Assembly (NCBI GenBank): GCA_965208615.1
Contig: CBDBPB010000006.1
Span: 128,001-192,000, forward strand
DNA: 64,000 nucleotides
Reading direction: 5' to 3'
Origin: Spirochaetota bacterium
GTDB lineage: Bacteria; Spirochaetota; UBA6919; CBDBPB01
Below are positions 61,991-64,000 of the stretch, one piece after another. Position numbers and translations under genes: made by a program. Below the pieces are notes generated by a model. The model ran no database searches and was not told the DNA's origin. It saw only the letters and a list, made by a program, of their open reading frames with translations. Numbering within the stretch: position 1 is the first letter of the stretch; every line of letters starts with the position of its first letter.

Positions 61991-62569
61991 TTAAAGCTTT
62001 TTTACCTCTATAAAAAAGAAATTTGTAAAATATATATCCTCTATAACTCCTTTTTCTAATAAAGAGTTAATCTCATTAATGAGCTCTTTTTTTAAACCAT
62101 ATTCTCTTTTATCTGCACTATTTATATCATATAAGTTCTTAGAGGATATTATAAGTTGTATTCTATCCTCAAGCTCTTTTTTTCTATCTTCTAACTCCTC
62201 GCCTAAATCACTGTGATCCTTTTTATATGCAAGATAAATCTCTGTTTTAACTATGACAGATTTGTCATCTTTTGGAGCAATATCTAAAGTCATATTAAAT
62301 TCTTTTGTTTTAAAAACAGATTTCTCAGAAAACTTAAGCATCTTAGGGAATTTATGAATATCTTCATCTTGAATAATAACTTTACTCTCTTTTTGCATGA
62401 TCCCATAAATTAAAAATGGAGTATAAAGCAAAATAAATAATATAACTATAATTCCTACAACCTTTTCAACGGTTTTTAGTATTTTTAATATTTTAGCTTT
62501 AATATAAAAAGTTTTTTCTTTTTTACTATCCTCCTGCTCTTCTTCTATATTTTCTATTTTATCTGCCAT
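61991..62569 (-). CDS. fliL: Flagellar basal body protein FliL
   Basis: TM then EL..R..EL.D.I...LKKELINEINSLLEKG.IEDIYFTNF. Confidence 0.8.
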   Translation of the reverse strand: MADKIENIEEEQEDSKKEKTFYIKAKILKILKTVEKVVGIIVILFILLYTPFLIYGIMQKESKVIIQDEDIHKFPKMLKFSEKSVFKTKEFNMTLDIAPKDDKSVIVKTEIYLAYKKDHSDLGEELEDRKKELEDRIQLIISSKNLYDINSADKREYGLKKELINEINSLLEKGVIEDIYFTNFFFIEVKKL

Positions 62570-62696
62570 AATTACTCTCCATAAAAAACCTTTTTAACTT
62601 TTTCGGATAGTAGCAATAATAATAAATTAAATTAGTAAAATTTATCTCGATTTATGTTAAATATTTTTTTTTATATTAGTTAACTTAAAAAATTAC

Positions 62697-62725
62697 TTGA
62701 CAATATCTTAATGAATGATTAAAAT
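62697..62725 (+). promoter_or_regulatory. Sigma70 promoter
   Basis: TTGACA-N17-TAAAAT. Confidence 0.6.
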
Positions 62726-62829
62726 TAACCTAATTCTTTATGAAATAAATTAAACTTATTATTCAAAATATTATAGCTATATTTAATCAGTTTATTATAA
62801 CTTAAAGTTAATGCTTAGGGAGAAAACGA

Positions 62830-63147
62830 ATGAAGAGAAATGTTATTATATTTAGCTTGTTAGTAATTTTTTTTATTATATTTACCTTTGTTGTATTAGT
62901 AGGATTTCAGGAAAAAGATAGCATAAAATATTTTGAAACATTTAAGTTTATAAAAAAACCTAATAAAATTAAAGAAATAATCCTAATTAATAAGCTATCC
63001 CCCAGCGAAGTAAAAGGTAAATGGCACTTAAAAGTACTGCTTGATCAAGATAATAATTTAATTAAATTTGAAAATCGTGATAAGTTAGGCAATGTGCATG
63101 AGACTATAGATACTCTTGGCTCTCTTAAGGTTAATATACAAGAATAA
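62830..63147 (+). CDS. Hypothetical membrane-anchored protein
   Basis: GGGAG RBS, N-terminal hydrophobic helix. Confidence 0.6.
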   Translation: MKRNVIIFSLLVIFFIIFTFVVLVGFQEKDSIKYFETFKFIKKPNKIKEIILINKLSPSEVKGKWHLKVLLDQDNNLIKFENRDKLGNVHETIDTLGSLKVNIQE

Positions 63148-63198
63148 ATAATTTTAAAAAAAAAGAACTGACAACTCTCTCCAATAAACTATGTTAAT

Positions 63199-63936
63199 AT
63201 GATTATTTATGGTAAAAATCCTGTATGGGAATATATTACATCAAACCACCCTATCAAAGAAGTCTGGATTGAAAAAGCATTTTCAGATAAATATAAAAAT
63301 ATCATCTCTCTTTGTAATGAAAAGAACATCTCATACTCTTTAAAAAAAAAAAGCGAACTTAATAAGCTAACTCAAAAAAAACATCAAGGTCTAATCGCAA
63401 AAATATATAATAAAACTTTAACCTTTAACTCATTAAAAGAGTTTTTTAACAAGTCTAACTCCTCGCCACCCTATATATTTATCCTTTTAGATTCAATAAC
63501 TGATCCCAGAAATCTCGGTGCTATACTAAGATCTTGTGATCACTTCAATATTACTGCTGTTATTACCGCAAAAGATCGTTCTGCACCAATTACTCCAATT
63601 GTATATAAAACATCTAGCGGAGCAGTAAACCATATAAACTATATTAAAGTTACTAACCTGTCCAGAACCATAGATAGTCTTAAAAAAATGAATACATGGG
63701 TATATGGTATGGATGAAAAAGGTGACTACAACTTATATGATTGCCAGTTCAAAGGCAATATCGCTATTGTAATAGGCTCGGAAGGTAAAGGCATTAGACC
63801 TTTAATAAAAAAATCATGTGACTTTTTAGTTAAAATAAAAGGTCTAGGACATATAAGCTCCCTTAATGCCTCAGTTGCCAGCGGTATTATTATGTATGAG
63901 GTTACAAAACAAAGAAATAATGATAAAAATAATTAA
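63199..63936 (+). CDS. rlmB: 23S rRNA Gm2251 methyltransferase
   Basis: IYGKNPV, HQG, DPRNLGAILRS, GSEGKG, SLNASVA. Confidence 0.93.
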   Translation: MIIYGKNPVWEYITSNHPIKEVWIEKAFSDKYKNIISLCNEKNISYSLKKKSELNKLTQKKHQGLIAKIYNKTLTFNSLKEFFNKSNSSPPYIFILLDSITDPRNLGAILRSCDHFNITAVITAKDRSAPITPIVYKTSSGAVNHINYIKVTNLSRTIDSLKKMNTWVYGMDEKGDYNLYDCQFKGNIAIVIGSEGKGIRPLIKKSCDFLVKIKGLGHISSLNASVASGIIMYEVTKQRNNDKNN

Positions 63937-64000
63937 ATCATATTTAAGCCGAGAAATTAAAAAAAAAGATAAATCCTTTTATACTCCCAAACTTATTCTT

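Overview
AT-rich bacterial chromosome segment, most likely from a deep-branching flagellated spirochaete (16S signatures, FliL/FliB genes, cNMP/TPR gene set). It is mostly housekeeping: rpoN-hpf-ptsN, ptsH, surA-like, nusB, ntrX-like, hflX, glgC, prfA-prmC, murC, accD, trpBA, alaS, rplM-rpsI, mlaEFD-like, comM, a 16S-23S-5S operon, two tRNAs, comF, rsmE, mutS, fliB, mtaB, two fliL-like genes and rlmB. Highlights: (1) a ~245-nt intervening sequence in helix 45 of the 23S rRNA, closed by a long stem and carrying an ORF that looks like a small Cys-rich lipoprotein rather than the known four-helix-bundle IVS protein; (2) an unannotated ~100-nt sRNA candidate with a sigma28-like promoter, a CCCUCCC anti-SD loop and a terminator; (3) an SH3 protein with nine 13-aa repeats varying only at synonymous sites, followed by an M48 peptidase and two secreted polycationic peptides; (4) a dif-like site at the GC-skew and gene-orientation switch, which would put the rRNA operon ~19 kb from the terminus and head-on to replication; (5) a TPR pseudo-histidine kinase and a giant DUF2628-CHASE2-adenylate cyclase. 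Frameshifts cluster at 21-30 kb (plus rsmE) and are probably sequencing errors. All family calls come from motif recognition by eye; no database searches were run.
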